Below, piece by piece: positions 27,576 to 37,605 of a DNA stretch of 62,218 bases (position 1 is the stretch's first letter; each line of letters begins with the position of its first letter). Below the pieces are notes generated by a model. It made no database searches, was not told the DNA's origin, and saw nothing but the letters and a program-made list of their open reading frames with translations. The stretch comes from a virus. Its lineage: Duplodnaviria; Caudoviricetes. The stretch is taken from positions 1 through 62,218 of IMG/VR virus record IMGVR_UViG_3300031519_004580. One strand, 5' to 3'. Made by a program: the position numbers and the translations under genes.

Positions 27576-27851
27576 TTGAACAGTATTATAACTTTTTTTA
27601 AAGATAGCTATAAACTTAGTCCTGTAGCATTTTATTGTGAACTCGTAGAGGCAATGTTTTTAATATCTGCAAGTGCTGTTCTAACCTTTACTGTATTAGA
27701 TCCTGCAACAAAAATATTCATTCCTATGTACTTAATAGGATCAGTGTTGGGTGTATGTAGTGCAATTATTAGAAAGGCTGCATTTGTAATAGTACTATGC
27801 AGCTGGTTTGTTATTATGAATACTATTGCTATCATTCAATTATTTTTATAG
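27576..27851 (+). CDS. Small multi-TM membrane protein
   Basis: Three hydrophobic helices. Confidence 0.65.
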   Translation: MNSIITFFKDSYKLSPVAFYCELVEAMFLISASAVLTFTVLDPATKIFIPMYLIGSVLGVCSAIIRKAAFVIVLCSWFVIMNTIAIIQLFL

Positions 27852-27860
27852 GATTACTAA

Positions 27861-30530
27861 ATGAGCTATGTAGATGCATTTTTTGACCGTGACGCTGATA
27901 TAATTCGAGCAGTAGAACGCAGAGATGGTAAACGAACCTTTACTGAGTATCCTGTAAAGTATACCTTCTATTTTGAAGATCAACGAGGCAAATACAAAAG
28001 TGTTTATGGTGATCCTCTAAGTCGCATTGTATGTAAAAGTACTAAGGACTTTCGTAAGGAAGTTGCAATTAACAATTCAAAGAAATTGTTTGAAAGCGAC
28101 ATTAATCCAATCTTTCAATGTTTAAGTGAAAACTATCTTAATCAAGATGCGCCTAAACTAAACATTGCATTTTTTGATATTGAGACTGACTTTGATCCAG
28201 AACGAGGCTTTGCTGATCCAAGTGATCCGTTTATGCCAATTACAAGTATCTCAGTGTACTTACAGTGGTTAGACACAATGGTGTGTATTGCTGTTCCACC
28301 TAAAACACTTACTATGGACGAAGCAAAGAAAGAACTTGAAGGCATTGACAACGTAATGTTATTTGAAAAAGAAGGTGACATGATTGACACTTTCTTGACA
28401 CTGATTGAAGATGCTGATATTTTATCAGGCTGGAACAGTGAAGGATATGATATTCCGTACATTGTTAACAGAACTAGTCGTGTACTAAGCAAGGATGATA
28501 CACGTAGATTCTGCTTGTGGGGTCAGCTTCCTAAGAAGCGTATGTACGAAAAGTTTGGCAAAGAAAGTGAAACGTTTGACTTAGTTGGTCGTGTACATTT
28601 GGATAGTTTGAACTTGTATCGTAAGTACACTTATGAAGAACGTCATACATATCGATTAGATGCTATTGGCGAAGTTGAAGTAGGCGAAAACAAAGTTCCG
28701 TATGAAGGAACACTTGACGCACTATACAACAATGACTTCCGAAAGTTTATTGAATATAACATTCAAGATACTGCATTACTTGACAAGCTAGATAAGAAGC
28801 TACGTTTTATTGATCTTAGTAATGAACTTGCTCATGCAAATACTGTGTTACTACAAACTACAATGGGTGCGGTTGCTGTTACAGAACAAGCTATCGTTAA
28901 CGAAGCACACCATAGAGGCTTGCAAGTTCCTAATCGTCAGAAACGTGACGATGATGCTACACAAGCTGCTGGTGCATATGTCGCGTATCCAAAGAAAGGT
29001 TTACACAAGTGGGTTGCATCTATGGATTTAAACTCACTCTACCCTTCAGTAATTCGTGCATTAAATATGGCACCAGAAACTGTTATAGGACAGATACGTC
29101 CAGAAATTAGTGATGCTCGTGTACACGAAGACATGTTCTTAAAGAAGAAGAGCTTTGCTGGTAGTTGGGAAGGAAGGTTTGCTACAGAAGAATACGAAGC
29201 AGTTATGGAACAAAAACGTGACATTGCACTTACTGTTGACTTTGAAAATGGTCAATCAAAGATAATGAGTGGCGCAGAAATATTTAAATTAATATTTGAC
29301 AGTAATAATCCATGGATGATTAGTGCTAACGGTACTATCTTTACTACAGAATTTGAAGGTGTTATTCCAGGTATCCTAAAGCGTTGGTACAGCGAACGTA
29401 AAGATTTACAGAAGAATCTAAAAAAAGCAAAGGACGCCGGTAATGCAATTGAAGTTGAGTATTGGGATAAACGACAGCTAGTTAAAAAGATTAACTTGAA
29501 CAGCTTGTATGGTGCTATTCTTAATCCAGGTTGCAGATTCTTTGACAAACGTATTGGCCAAAGTACTACATTAACTGGTAGGACTATTGTTAAGCACATG
29601 AGTGCAGAAGTCAATAAGACTATTACAGGTGTTTATGATCACACTGGTGATGCAATGATCTACGGTGATACTGACTCTTGTTACTTTAGTGCATATCCTA
29701 CACTTAAAACCGACATTGATGCAGGCAAGATTCCGTGGAGTAAAGAGAATGTTATTACACTGTATGATCAAGTATGCGAAGCCGCAAACGTAACGTTTCC
29801 AGAAATGATGCAAACATCATTTCATTGTCCAAAGAGTAGGTCGGACGTTATTGCCGCGGCTAGAGAAATTGTTGCAGAAAGTGGATTGTATATTACTAAG
29901 AAACGTTATGCGGCATTAGTATATGACATTGAAGGTTTTAGAACAGATATTGACGGCAAAGCTGGTAAAGTAAAAGCAATGGGATTAGACTTACGTAGGT
30001 CAGATACTCCTGTGTTTATGCAGGAGTTCCTAAGTGAGCTATTGCTTATGGTGCTTACAGATAAGCCGCAGGAAGATGTACTTGAACGTATAACTAAGTT
30101 CCGTAAAGAATTTAGTGAACGCCCTGGATATGAAAAAGGTAGTCCAAAACGTGCAAACAAAGTTGGACATTATCGACGCCTAGAAGAAAAACAAGGCAAG
30201 GCAAATATGCCAGGTCATGTCCGAGCAAGTATTAACTGGAATACACTAAAACGTATGAACGGTGACAAATACTCACAAGAGATCGTTGATGGTATGAAAG
30301 TTATTGTTTGTAAACTTAAAGCTAACCCTTTAGAATACACAAGTGTTGCATACCCAACTGATGAATTACATATTCCGCAATGGTTTAAAGAACTTCCGTT
30401 TGATGATGCGGCTATGGCAGAAACAATAATTGATAATAAATTAGATAATTTGATTGGCGTTTTAGACTATCCATTAGAGGATACTAAACGACACAACACG
30501 TTTACTAGTTTGTTTGACTTTGGAGAGTAA
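27861..30530 (+). CDS. polB: Family B DNA polymerase
   Basis: FDIET ExoI, GWNSEGYD ExoII, YNIQD ExoIII, DLNSLYPS, KINLNSLYG, YGDTDS, KKRY. Confidence 0.97.
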   Translation: MSYVDAFFDRDADIIRAVERRDGKRTFTEYPVKYTFYFEDQRGKYKSVYGDPLSRIVCKSTKDFRKEVAINNSKKLFESDINPIFQCLSENYLNQDAPKLNIAFFDIETDFDPERGFADPSDPFMPITSISVYLQWLDTMVCIAVPPKTLTMDEAKKELEGIDNVMLFEKEGDMIDTFLTLIEDADILSGWNSEGYDIPYIVNRTSRVLSKDDTRRFCLWGQLPKKRMYEKFGKESETFDLVGRVHLDSLNLYRKYTYEERHTYRLDAIGEVEVGENKVPYEGTLDALYNNDFRKFIEYNIQDTALLDKLDKKLRFIDLSNELAHANTVLLQTTMGAVAVTEQAIVNEAHHRGLQVPNRQKRDDDATQAAGAYVAYPKKGLHKWVASMDLNSLYPSVIRALNMAPETVIGQIRPEISDARVHEDMFLKKKSFAGSWEGRFATEEYEAVMEQKRDIALTVDFENGQSKIMSGAEIFKLIFDSNNPWMISANGTIFTTEFEGVIPGILKRWYSERKDLQKNLKKAKDAGNAIEVEYWDKRQLVKKINLNSLYGAILNPGCRFFDKRIGQSTTLTGRTIVKHMSAEVNKTITGVYDHTGDAMIYGDTDSCYFSAYPTLKTDIDAGKIPWSKENVITLYDQVCEAANVTFPEMMQTSFHCPKSRSDVIAAAREIVAESGLYITKKRYAALVYDIEGFRTDIDGKAGKVKAMGLDLRRSDTPVFMQEFLSELLLMVLTDKPQEDVLERITKFRKEFSERPGYEKGSPKRANKVGHYRRLEEKQGKANMPGHVRASINWNTLKRMNGDKYSQEIVDGMKVIVCKLKANPLEYTSVAYPTDELHIPQWFKELPFDDAAMAETIIDNKLDNLIGVLDYPLEDTKRHNTFTSLFDFGE

Positions 30531-30531
30531 A

Positions 30532-30882
30532 ATGAAATTACATATTAATGATATTGGTGGTGAAGTTGTTAAACAAGATAATCGCTATATTGTAAAAGAT
30601 AACAAAACTTTAAATAATTTAGTACTTAGCTCAACTGATCTAAAACCTGGTAAGTCAACTTCAGGACATGCACATGTAGGTCAAGAAGAAATATATCACT
30701 TTGTTAAAGGTAGTGGTAAAATGGAGTTAATTGACTTAAACGCAACTAAAACAGAAGTTAGCATAATAGCAGGTGATTTAATTCTTATTCCAGATGGATG
30801 GTTTCATCGAGTGCATGCTGGACCAACAGGATGTTATTTTATATGTGTATTTGACGGTAATAGGGAGGAAAATGAAAATTAA
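30532..30882 (+). CDS. Cupin protein (mannose-6-phosphate isomerase-like)
   Basis: GHAHVGQEEIY; GDLILIPDGWFHRV. Confidence 0.7.
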   Translation: MKLHINDIGGEVVKQDNRYIVKDNKTLNNLVLSSTDLKPGKSTSGHAHVGQEEIYHFVKGSGKMELIDLNATKTEVSIIAGDLILIPDGWFHRVHAGPTGCYFICVFDGNREENEN

Positions 30883-30979
30883 AATAGAAGTAGAAATTGA
30901 CACAGAAGTTGAAGATGATCTAAATACAATTGAACAACTAATTGAAGCGTTAAAAGAATTAGCAGGAAAATTAAAATGA
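30872..30979 (+). CDS. Small hypothetical peptide
   Basis: GGAGG RBS; MKIKIEVEIDT...; coupled to the next gene. Confidence 0.55.
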   Translation: MKIKIEVEIDTEVEDDLNTIEQLIEALKELAGKLK

Positions 30980-31389
30980 AGGTAGGATTTACTTGTAGTA
31001 CGTTTGATCTATTACATGCAGGACATGTACAAATGTTGCGTGAAGCAAAAGAACAATGCGATTATTTAATCTGTGGACTACAAGTAGATCCCAGTCGCGA
31101 TCGTAAAGAAAAGAACGCTCCTATACAAACTATTGTTGAACGTTATACACAACTTAAAGCAGTTGGGTATGTTGACGAAATTATTCCTTATGGAACTGAA
31201 CAAGACCTAGAAGATGTCTTGACAATGTATCATATTGATGTTAGAATATTAGGAGAAGAGTATAGAGATGGCACATTTACAGGTAGAGCAATTTGTGCCA
31301 AACGTGGAATTGAATTATACTTTAATAAACGAGATCATCGATTTAGTAGCAGCGATTTAAGAAAACGGGTCTGTGAAACATCTTCTTAA
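30976..31389 (+). CDS. Cytidylyltransferase (TagD/RfaE-like)
   Basis: TFDLLHAGH, VDEIIPY, FSSSDLR. Confidence 0.9.
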   Translation: MKVGFTCSTFDLLHAGHVQMLREAKEQCDYLICGLQVDPSRDRKEKNAPIQTIVERYTQLKAVGYVDEIIPYGTEQDLEDVLTMYHIDVRILGEEYRDGTFTGRAICAKRGIELYFNKRDHRFSSSDLRKRVCETSS

Positions 31390-31404
31390 CTAAGGAAAAA
31401 AATA

Positions 31405-32493
31405 ATGAATCATATTTTTACTAGCGAAAGTGTTAGTAACGGACATCCTGATAAAGTAGCAGATCAAATTAGTGATGCCCTTGTAGATGCAGGATTAAAA
31501 GCAGGTGATACAACTACTCGTGTTGCAGTTGAAACGCTTGTAACTACTAATCATGTAACACTGGCAGGAGAAGTAAAAAACTTTAATCTTAGCCTTTACG
31601 ATGTAGAAGATATCGTAAGAGCCAAGGTTAAAGAAATAGGTTATGAACAAGAAGGATTTCATCATGAACATCTTGCAGTTTTTAATAAATTACATGCACA
31701 AAGTTCTGATATTGGCTTAGGCACTGATGACTTTGGTGCTGGCGATCAAGGTATTATGTTTGGCTACGCTTGTAATCATACTCCTAGTATGATGCCTGCG
31801 CCTATTCACTTCAGTCATAAGATACTAGAAAATTTAAAAACAAAACGCGGTAGTATACTAGGTCCTGATGCTAAGAGCCAAGTAAGTGTTGAGTACAACG
31901 GTGCTAGACGTGATGGTGTTATCAAACGAATTGACCAAGTGGTCATTAGTACACAACACACAGAAGGCAATGTAGAAGAAGCAAGACATCTTTGTAAACT
32001 TGCTGCAATAGAAGAACTTGGAGATTTGATTGATGAGAATACTGTATGGCATCTTAATCCTACTGGTAATTTTGTTATTGGTGGACCCGATGGCGATTCA
32101 GGTGTCACAGGACGTAAGATTATCGTGGATACATATGGGGGGTTCGCTCCTCATGGTGGTGGTGCTTTTTCTGGAAAAGACCCTTCGAAGGTAGATCGAA
32201 GTGCTGCATATATAGCACGTTGGTTGGCTAAGAATGTAGTAGCAGACGAAATGGCGGACTGGTGTAACATTCAGTTAAGCTATGCAATTGGTGTTAAACA
32301 ACCCACTAGCATTTATATTGATTCAAACGGACATAACAAGAGTATTGCTAAGTTTATTGCAAATGAAATTGATCTAAGTCCTAAAGGAATCATTGATAGA
32401 TTTGATTTGTTTAACTTTTATGAATATAGTAAGAATTGTACATATGGACACTTTGGTAACAAAGATGTTCCGTGGGAAAAAATTGGTTGGTAA
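31405..32493 (+). CDS. metK: S-adenosylmethionine synthetase
   Basis: FTSESV..GHPDK, GAGDQG, GRKIIVDTYGG, GGGAFSGKD. Confidence 0.97.
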   Translation: MNHIFTSESVSNGHPDKVADQISDALVDAGLKAGDTTTRVAVETLVTTNHVTLAGEVKNFNLSLYDVEDIVRAKVKEIGYEQEGFHHEHLAVFNKLHAQSSDIGLGTDDFGAGDQGIMFGYACNHTPSMMPAPIHFSHKILENLKTKRGSILGPDAKSQVSVEYNGARRDGVIKRIDQVVISTQHTEGNVEEARHLCKLAAIEELGDLIDENTVWHLNPTGNFVIGGPDGDSGVTGRKIIVDTYGGFAPHGGGAFSGKDPSKVDRSAAYIARWLAKNVVADEMADWCNIQLSYAIGVKQPTSIYIDSNGHNKSIAKFIANEIDLSPKGIIDRFDLFNFYEYSKNCTYGHFGNKDVPWEKIGW

Positions 32494-32499
32494 AAATAT

Positions 32500-33219
32500 A
32501 TGAATAAATTTGTTTTTGACGTAGACGGAACTCTTACTCTTAGTCGCCGAAAGATAGATGCAGTGTTTCAACGATGGTTTTTAGAATTTTGTTACGACAA
32601 TAATGTATACTTAGTAACCGGTAGCGACTATCCAAAAACTGTAGAACAAGTGGGTACTAGTATTGCTGAAAATGTTAAACGTGTTTATAACTGTAATGGT
32701 AACGATGTATGGGAGGCTGGTGTAAATGTTCGTACTAATGAATGGACACTTCCTAAAGAGTGTTTTAGTTGGTTAGAGGATAAGTTAGAGGAAAGTAGCT
32801 TTAATATTCGAACTGGCAATCATATAGAACAGCGTCCCGGAATGGTTAATTTTAGTATTGTTGGCCGCAATGCTACTCAAGAAGAACGTAAGGCATACGT
32901 AATTTACGAAACTGATCATAACGAACGTAGACATATTTCAGACTTATTTAATGAACATTTTCCTAACTTACAAGCAACAGTAGGAGGTGAAACAGGCATT
33001 GATATTTCTCCTCGTGGTGCAAACAAAGCACAAATACTTGCAGATTTTGATCAAGATGATAATATACTCTTCTTTGGTGATGCTATGTTTGAAGGCGGAA
33101 ACGATGAGCCATTAGCTAATGCTATAGAAACTCGTAAGAATTTTAATAAATCTTATCCAGTAACTAATTGGAAATATACTAGGGAGATACTTCTTGCGTA
33201 TACTACTAACAGGACATAA
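32500..33219 (+). CDS. HAD-type phosphomannomutase (eukaryote-like PMM)
   Basis: FDVDGTLT..R, VTGSD, IEQRPGMVNFSIVGR, GGETGIDI, FFGD....GND. Confidence 0.85.
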   Translation: MNKFVFDVDGTLTLSRRKIDAVFQRWFLEFCYDNNVYLVTGSDYPKTVEQVGTSIAENVKRVYNCNGNDVWEAGVNVRTNEWTLPKECFSWLEDKLEESSFNIRTGNHIEQRPGMVNFSIVGRNATQEERKAYVIYETDHNERRHISDLFNEHFPNLQATVGGETGIDISPRGANKAQILADFDQDDNILFFGDAMFEGGNDEPLANAIETRKNFNKSYPVTNWKYTREILLAYTTNRT

Positions 33220-33919
33220 AGGATATATAGGTAGTGTTCTTCTTTCTCGGTTAAAGGATAAAGGACATAATGTTTACGGTATAGATTTACAAGACGGACA
33301 AGATATACTATCTTGTAATTTAGACTATACTGTTGATTTAGTTATACATTTAGCAGGGAAAAGCGGTGTTAGAGAAAGCATTAAGAATCCTGGAGCATAT
33401 TGGTTTGTAAACGTTGACGGAAGTCGCAGAATCTTTGATGTATTTAAAAATACAAGGATATTATATGCAAGTTCTAGTAGTGCGTATGAACCTACATTAA
33501 ATGCATATGCTGCTTCAAAACATCTAATGGATCTTATGGCTCCAAAAAATAGTGTTGGCATGCGATTCCATACAGTATATTCAGACAAGCCAAGGAAGGG
33601 AATGTTCTTGGATAAACTAATTAACGGCACATTAGAATATGTAACAGATCATAGTAGAGATTTTATTCATATTAATGATTTATGTGACGCTATAGAATTA
33701 ATTATTGATAACAAAAATTTATCTGGATTAATTGATATAGGTACTGGAGAGAGTGTGGAGATCCAAACTTTTGCTCCAGAAATTCCAAAGCGTCTAAATA
33801 CTATACACGAGAGAATGTGTACAAAGGCAGACGTTAAAATATTACAAGATTTAGGATTCAAACCTAAATATAATGTAAAAAAGTTCTTGACAAACAGTGA
33901 TTTAGGCGCTATAATATAA
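33194..33919 (+). CDS. NAD-dependent epimerase/dehydratase
   Basis: TGHKGYIG, HLAG, YASSSS, YAASK. Confidence 0.88.
   Translation: MRILLTGHKGYIGSVLLSRLKDKGHNVYGIDLQDGQDILSCNLDYTVDLVIHLAGKSGVRESIKNPGAYWFVNVDGSRRIFDVFKNTRILYASSSSAYEPTLNAYAASKHLMDLMAPKNSVGMRFHTVYSDKPRKGMFLDKLINGTLEYVTDHSRDFIHINDLCDAIELIIDNKNLSGLIDIGTGESVEIQTFAPEIPKRLNTIHERMCTKADVKILQDLGFKPKYNVKKFLTNSDLGAII
33887..33915 (+). promoter_or_regulatory. sigma70-type promoter
   Basis: TTGACA(33887-33892)-N17-TATAAT(33910-33915). Confidence 0.85.
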
Positions 33920-33941
33920 CAATACATAATGGAGATTAGGC

Positions 33942-34685
33942 ATGAAAGACATTCTACAAGACGTGGTATCACATACACACGCATTAGGTTTTTTAACAAT
34001 AGTTAAAGTTACCTCAGAAAACGAAACGACATCTATTGACGCAATGGCTGAAGATAGATCAGTAATTTTATCTTCTGAAACACATAAATCGGTTTCAGAG
34101 TTTAAAGGCACATTTGGTATGCCTAACTTAGATAAGTTAGCATTACATTTAAAAAATCCAGAGTATCAAAAAGATGCAAAGATTGATGTAGTTGAAGCAG
34201 ACCGTAACGGCGAAGTTATTCCTACACACATTCACTTTGAAAATGCAACAGGTGACTTCCAAAATGATTATCGCTTTATGAACAAAGCAATTATTGAAGA
34301 AAAACTTAAAACTGTTAAGTTTAAAGGTGCAAATTGGAATGTAGAATTTAAACCAAGCATTGCAAGTATTAATCGAATGAAACTACAAAGTGCTGCACAT
34401 AATGAAGAACCTACGTTTAATGTTAAAACTGTAGTTACTGGTGGTGCAACAGATTTAGTGTTTAGCTTTGGTGATGCAAGTACACACGCAGGCGAGTTTG
34501 TATTTCAAAATGCAGTTGAAGGCAACCTTCAACATACATGGAGTTGGCCTGTAGCACAAGTTCAATCAATTCTTAACCTTAATGGTGAATTGACTATGAG
34601 TATTAGTGATCAAGGTGCTATGCAAATTAGTGTTGATAGTGGCTTAGCAAAATATAACTATATCTTGCCAGCCCAGAGTAAATAA
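33942..34685 (+). CDS. Putative DNA polymerase sliding clamp (gp45/PCNA-like)
   Basis: 247 aa; clamp-like alternating alpha/beta pattern, C-terminal YNYILPA; clamp loader and PolB are in the window. Confidence 0.55.
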   Translation: MKDILQDVVSHTHALGFLTIVKVTSENETTSIDAMAEDRSVILSSETHKSVSEFKGTFGMPNLDKLALHLKNPEYQKDAKIDVVEADRNGEVIPTHIHFENATGDFQNDYRFMNKAIIEEKLKTVKFKGANWNVEFKPSIASINRMKLQSAAHNEEPTFNVKTVVTGGATDLVFSFGDASTHAGEFVFQNAVEGNLQHTWSWPVAQVQSILNLNGELTMSISDQGAMQISVDSGLAKYNYILPAQSK

Positions 34686-36229
34686 TGAATCTTGATCTAA
34701 CAGCAACGCAAAACGATTACGCACATTTTCTTCCAGCATTAAGTGGTTTCTATGCAACTTATGTAGGCAAGCAACGTCATCTAGATCCTGTTAAAGGTCC
34801 TTATATCCCCGATGATCGTATTCCTGCTAACTTTCAACACGGTGTAGAAAGTCTTAACTATCTTAATGCAAAAGAAGGAGCATTTACATACAAGTGGACG
34901 CTTTACTCTGCAGGTCATGCTGATTTAGATACAAATAAAATTGTTCCTAAAGAAGATATGATTCGCAATAGAGACAGAGCTAATACTTGGATGCTTGGAG
35001 ATAGTGGTGGTTTCCAAATTGGTAAAGGAGTGTGGGAAGGCGATTGGAAAGATCCTAATTGTCCTAAGGCACAAAAGAAACGTGATGGTGTATTGCGTTG
35101 GATGGATGCATACATGGATTATGGTATGATCTTAGATATTCCAGCCTGGGTTGCACGTTCACCTGAAGGTGCAAAAGCTACTGGCATTAGTACATATCAA
35201 GAAGCTGTTAAAGCTACACGCATTAATAATGACTACTGGATGAAACATAGAACAGGTGCTTGTAAGTTCCTTAACGTATTGCAAGGTGAGAATCATGCAG
35301 ACGCTGATGACTGGTATGAACAAATGAAAGACTATTGTGATCCAGCTAAGTATCCCGACAATCACTTTAACGGGTGGTCAATGGGTGGTCAGAATATGTG
35401 TGATGTGCATTTGGTTCTTAAACGTATAGTTTCATTGCACTACGACGGACTACTACAAAGCGGTGTACACGATGTAATGCACTTCTTAGGCACAAGTAAA
35501 CTAGAATGGGCATGCTTGCTAACAGACGTACAACGTGCTATAAGGCGTCATTATAACCCTACTATGATGCTTACATTTGATTGTGCAAGTCCATTCTTAG
35601 CAACTGCTAATGGACAAGTTTATATTCAAAATGAAACACCTGATAGAGGCAAATGGACTTATCGCATGGTGCCTAGCATCGACGATAAAAAATATGCAAC
35701 TGATACTAGAACTTTTAAACAAGCAGTATTACAAGATGGTATCTTTAAAAACTTTGAAGATTCACCTGTTACAGACGGTATGCTCGTAAAAGATGTATGC
35801 ATATATAAGCCAGGAGACTTAAATAAAATAGGCAAAGAAGGAAAAACATCATGGGATAGTTTTTCATATGCGATCCAAATGGGTCATAATGTATGGAGTC
35901 ACATTAATGCAGTTCAAGAAGCAAACAGACAATACGACAATGGAGTTATTCCAAAAATGCTTGTACAAGAGCAATTTGACAGGGTTTTATTTAGAGATCT
36001 TGTGGAAACAATATTCTCAGCACCTACAAGAGAAAAAGCAAATGATCTAATTGAAAAGCACTCTAAATTTTGGATGTCAATTCCAGGCACACGTGGCGCT
36101 ATTGGTAAAAAGACTGTAAACTCTAGTACTTACTTTGGTGCATTGTTTGACGTTGAAGCTTCTATCGAACTAGATGAAAACGAACTAGATGAAACAAAAT
36201 TAGAGAGTTTAGAAGATGAGCAAAGTTGA
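34685..36229 (+). CDS. dpdA: DNA 7-deazaguanine transglycosylase (TGT-like, DpdA2-type)
   Basis: MLGDSGGFQ, MILDIP, NVLQG, HFLG and TFDCASP TGT-fold motifs; clustered with folE/queE. Confidence 0.85.
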   Translation: MNLDLTATQNDYAHFLPALSGFYATYVGKQRHLDPVKGPYIPDDRIPANFQHGVESLNYLNAKEGAFTYKWTLYSAGHADLDTNKIVPKEDMIRNRDRANTWMLGDSGGFQIGKGVWEGDWKDPNCPKAQKKRDGVLRWMDAYMDYGMILDIPAWVARSPEGAKATGISTYQEAVKATRINNDYWMKHRTGACKFLNVLQGENHADADDWYEQMKDYCDPAKYPDNHFNGWSMGGQNMCDVHLVLKRIVSLHYDGLLQSGVHDVMHFLGTSKLEWACLLTDVQRAIRRHYNPTMMLTFDCASPFLATANGQVYIQNETPDRGKWTYRMVPSIDDKKYATDTRTFKQAVLQDGIFKNFEDSPVTDGMLVKDVCIYKPGDLNKIGKEGKTSWDSFSYAIQMGHNVWSHINAVQEANRQYDNGVIPKMLVQEQFDRVLFRDLVETIFSAPTREKANDLIEKHSKFWMSIPGTRGAIGKKTVNSSTYFGALFDVEASIELDENELDETKLESLEDEQS

Positions 36230-36413
36230 TGTATTAAAACGGAAACTAAATAATCTAGAAAATCGACATAAAGAACTTGACCTTGCAATATTAGAGTGTT
36301 ATAATAGTAGTGTAAGCGATCAAGAAGTTAGAAAGATGAAAACTATGAAACTTTATCTTAAAGACGAAATACATCGGATAAATCAACAATTAATACAAAT
36401 GGTGTTAAAATGA
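36216..36413 (+). CDS. Small coiled-coil protein (DUF465-like)
   Basis: LENRHKELD...MKTMKLYLKDEI. Confidence 0.65.
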   Translation: MSKVDVLKRKLNNLENRHKELDLAILECYNSSVSDQEVRKMKTMKLYLKDEIHRINQQLIQMVLK

Positions 36414-36931
36414 AACGTGATTACGAAAACGGTACATCAGATGATATTATCTTCTTTACAGGCGTAGAAGTTGAAAAGACTCCTGCGTTTGGAATGAAAA
36501 CGTTGTTTGTTACTGGCACACAAGACTATAATGAGATAATGAAGTTCTACAAAGAAGAACAGTGCGAGCATATCTTCTTTGGTGCTAATCACAGTTACAA
36601 GCCTGTTACCCCAGAAGAGTTTGAAGACTGGGATCTAATGATTTGTGCGTTTACAGATCAAGGTATACTATGTAGCCTAGACATTCCAAGTGACATTAAC
36701 CTAGAATGGTTTATGGATGGCGGACTTATAGAGAGTAATTACTTTATTCCACAACTACGTGTAGTAGTGCCTTACATTAACCAATGGAACTACAATACAA
36801 TGATTAAAATCGACGATAAAGGTTTTAATGCATCTAATCCAGGCGTCTGGTGCCATAGCCTGCATGATTTGATGGACCGTAATAAATTTACGGACTGGAG
36901 CAAATATGGCCTTGACAAAGTCCTAAAGTGA
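36410..36931 (+). CDS. Hypothetical protein in the dpd locus
   Basis: FFTGVEVEKTPAFGMKTLFV, HIFFGANHS, KIDD..F..SNPGVWC. Confidence 0.7.
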   Translation: MKRDYENGTSDDIIFFTGVEVEKTPAFGMKTLFVTGTQDYNEIMKFYKEEQCEHIFFGANHSYKPVTPEEFEDWDLMICAFTDQGILCSLDIPSDINLEWFMDGGLIESNYFIPQLRVVVPYINQWNYNTMIKIDDKGFNASNPGVWCHSLHDLMDRNKFTDWSKYGLDKVLK

Positions 36932-36940
36932 AAGTATAAT
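36912..36940 (+). promoter_or_regulatory. sigma70-type promoter
   Basis: TTGACA(36912-36917)-N17-TATAAT(36935-36940). Confidence 0.8.
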
Positions 36941-36943
36941 ATA

Positions 36944-37399
36944 ATGACAGTAAGAGAATCATATTATGATTATATGGGACGTAGAATGAAAGAGGAAGAT
37001 AAAAAAATGACAGCATTTAAGCAAGAACGGAGTATTTGGGTTACCTTTAAAAAAGAAGGTATTCATTTATATCCTGGAGCAGATACTGATCCTAAACTAG
37101 CAACCGGTGAATGGGATGATGTATCTTTTCTTGGATTTCCGCATCGTCATATTTTCCATTTTAGAGTTCGCATCGAAGTATTCCACGACGATCGCGACAT
37201 AGAATTCATTCAGTTTAAACGCTGGATGGAACGGTTGTATGCACAAGATGTAATACAACTGGATCACAAGAGCTGCGAGATGATTGCAGATGACTTGTAC
37301 GAAGAAATTTCTGCAAAGCACCCTGGCCGATTTGTAGAAATTGAAGTCTCCGAGGACGGAGAAAACGGTTGCCAGATCTTTTACCCGAAACCTATTTAA
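36944..37399 (+). CDS. dpdL: QueD-like T-fold protein with LxxxHRHxF motif (DpdL-type)
   Basis: LGFPHRHIF replaces the QueD CxxxHGH motif; RDIEFI, SCEMIA, EDGENG; the start may be a downstream Met. Confidence 0.65.
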   Translation: MTVRESYYDYMGRRMKEEDKKMTAFKQERSIWVTFKKEGIHLYPGADTDPKLATGEWDDVSFLGFPHRHIFHFRVRIEVFHDDRDIEFIQFKRWMERLYAQDVIQLDHKSCEMIADDLYEEISAKHPGRFVEIEVSEDGENGCQIFYPKPI

Positions 37400-37410
37400 G
37401 GATTATTAAA

Positions 37411-37605
37411 ATGAGCACGAACTTTCCGCCAGTCAATCAAGTGTTTGACGATTTGGAGAAGTTTCTTAATTATTGTCGATTTGAAGGAAAAGTATTTGAT
37501 GAACGATTCCTTTATAATGAACATGCTACTTCATGGCAGTCATATAAGAAATGGCAGTACTGGATGCAAAATAAAAATAAACGTAATAACACTCGGAGGA
37601 ACTAA
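37411..37605 (+). CDS. Small hypothetical protein
   Basis: AAGGA RBS; VFDDLEKFLNYCRFEG. Confidence 0.6.
   Translation: MSTNFPPVNQVFDDLEKFLNYCRFEGKVFDERFLYNEHATSWQSYKKWQYWMQNKNKRNNTRRN

Noticed and set aside
27861-30530. Intein or intron in the DNA polymerase
   Set aside because: Continuous 889-aa ORF with normal motif spacing and no splicing or homing-endonuclease motifs
34685-36229. tRNA-guanine transglycosylase (tgt) for queuosine
   Set aside because: Lacks the CxCxxC zinc motif of bacterial Tgt, is longer, and is coupled to the putative clamp gene; DpdA fits better
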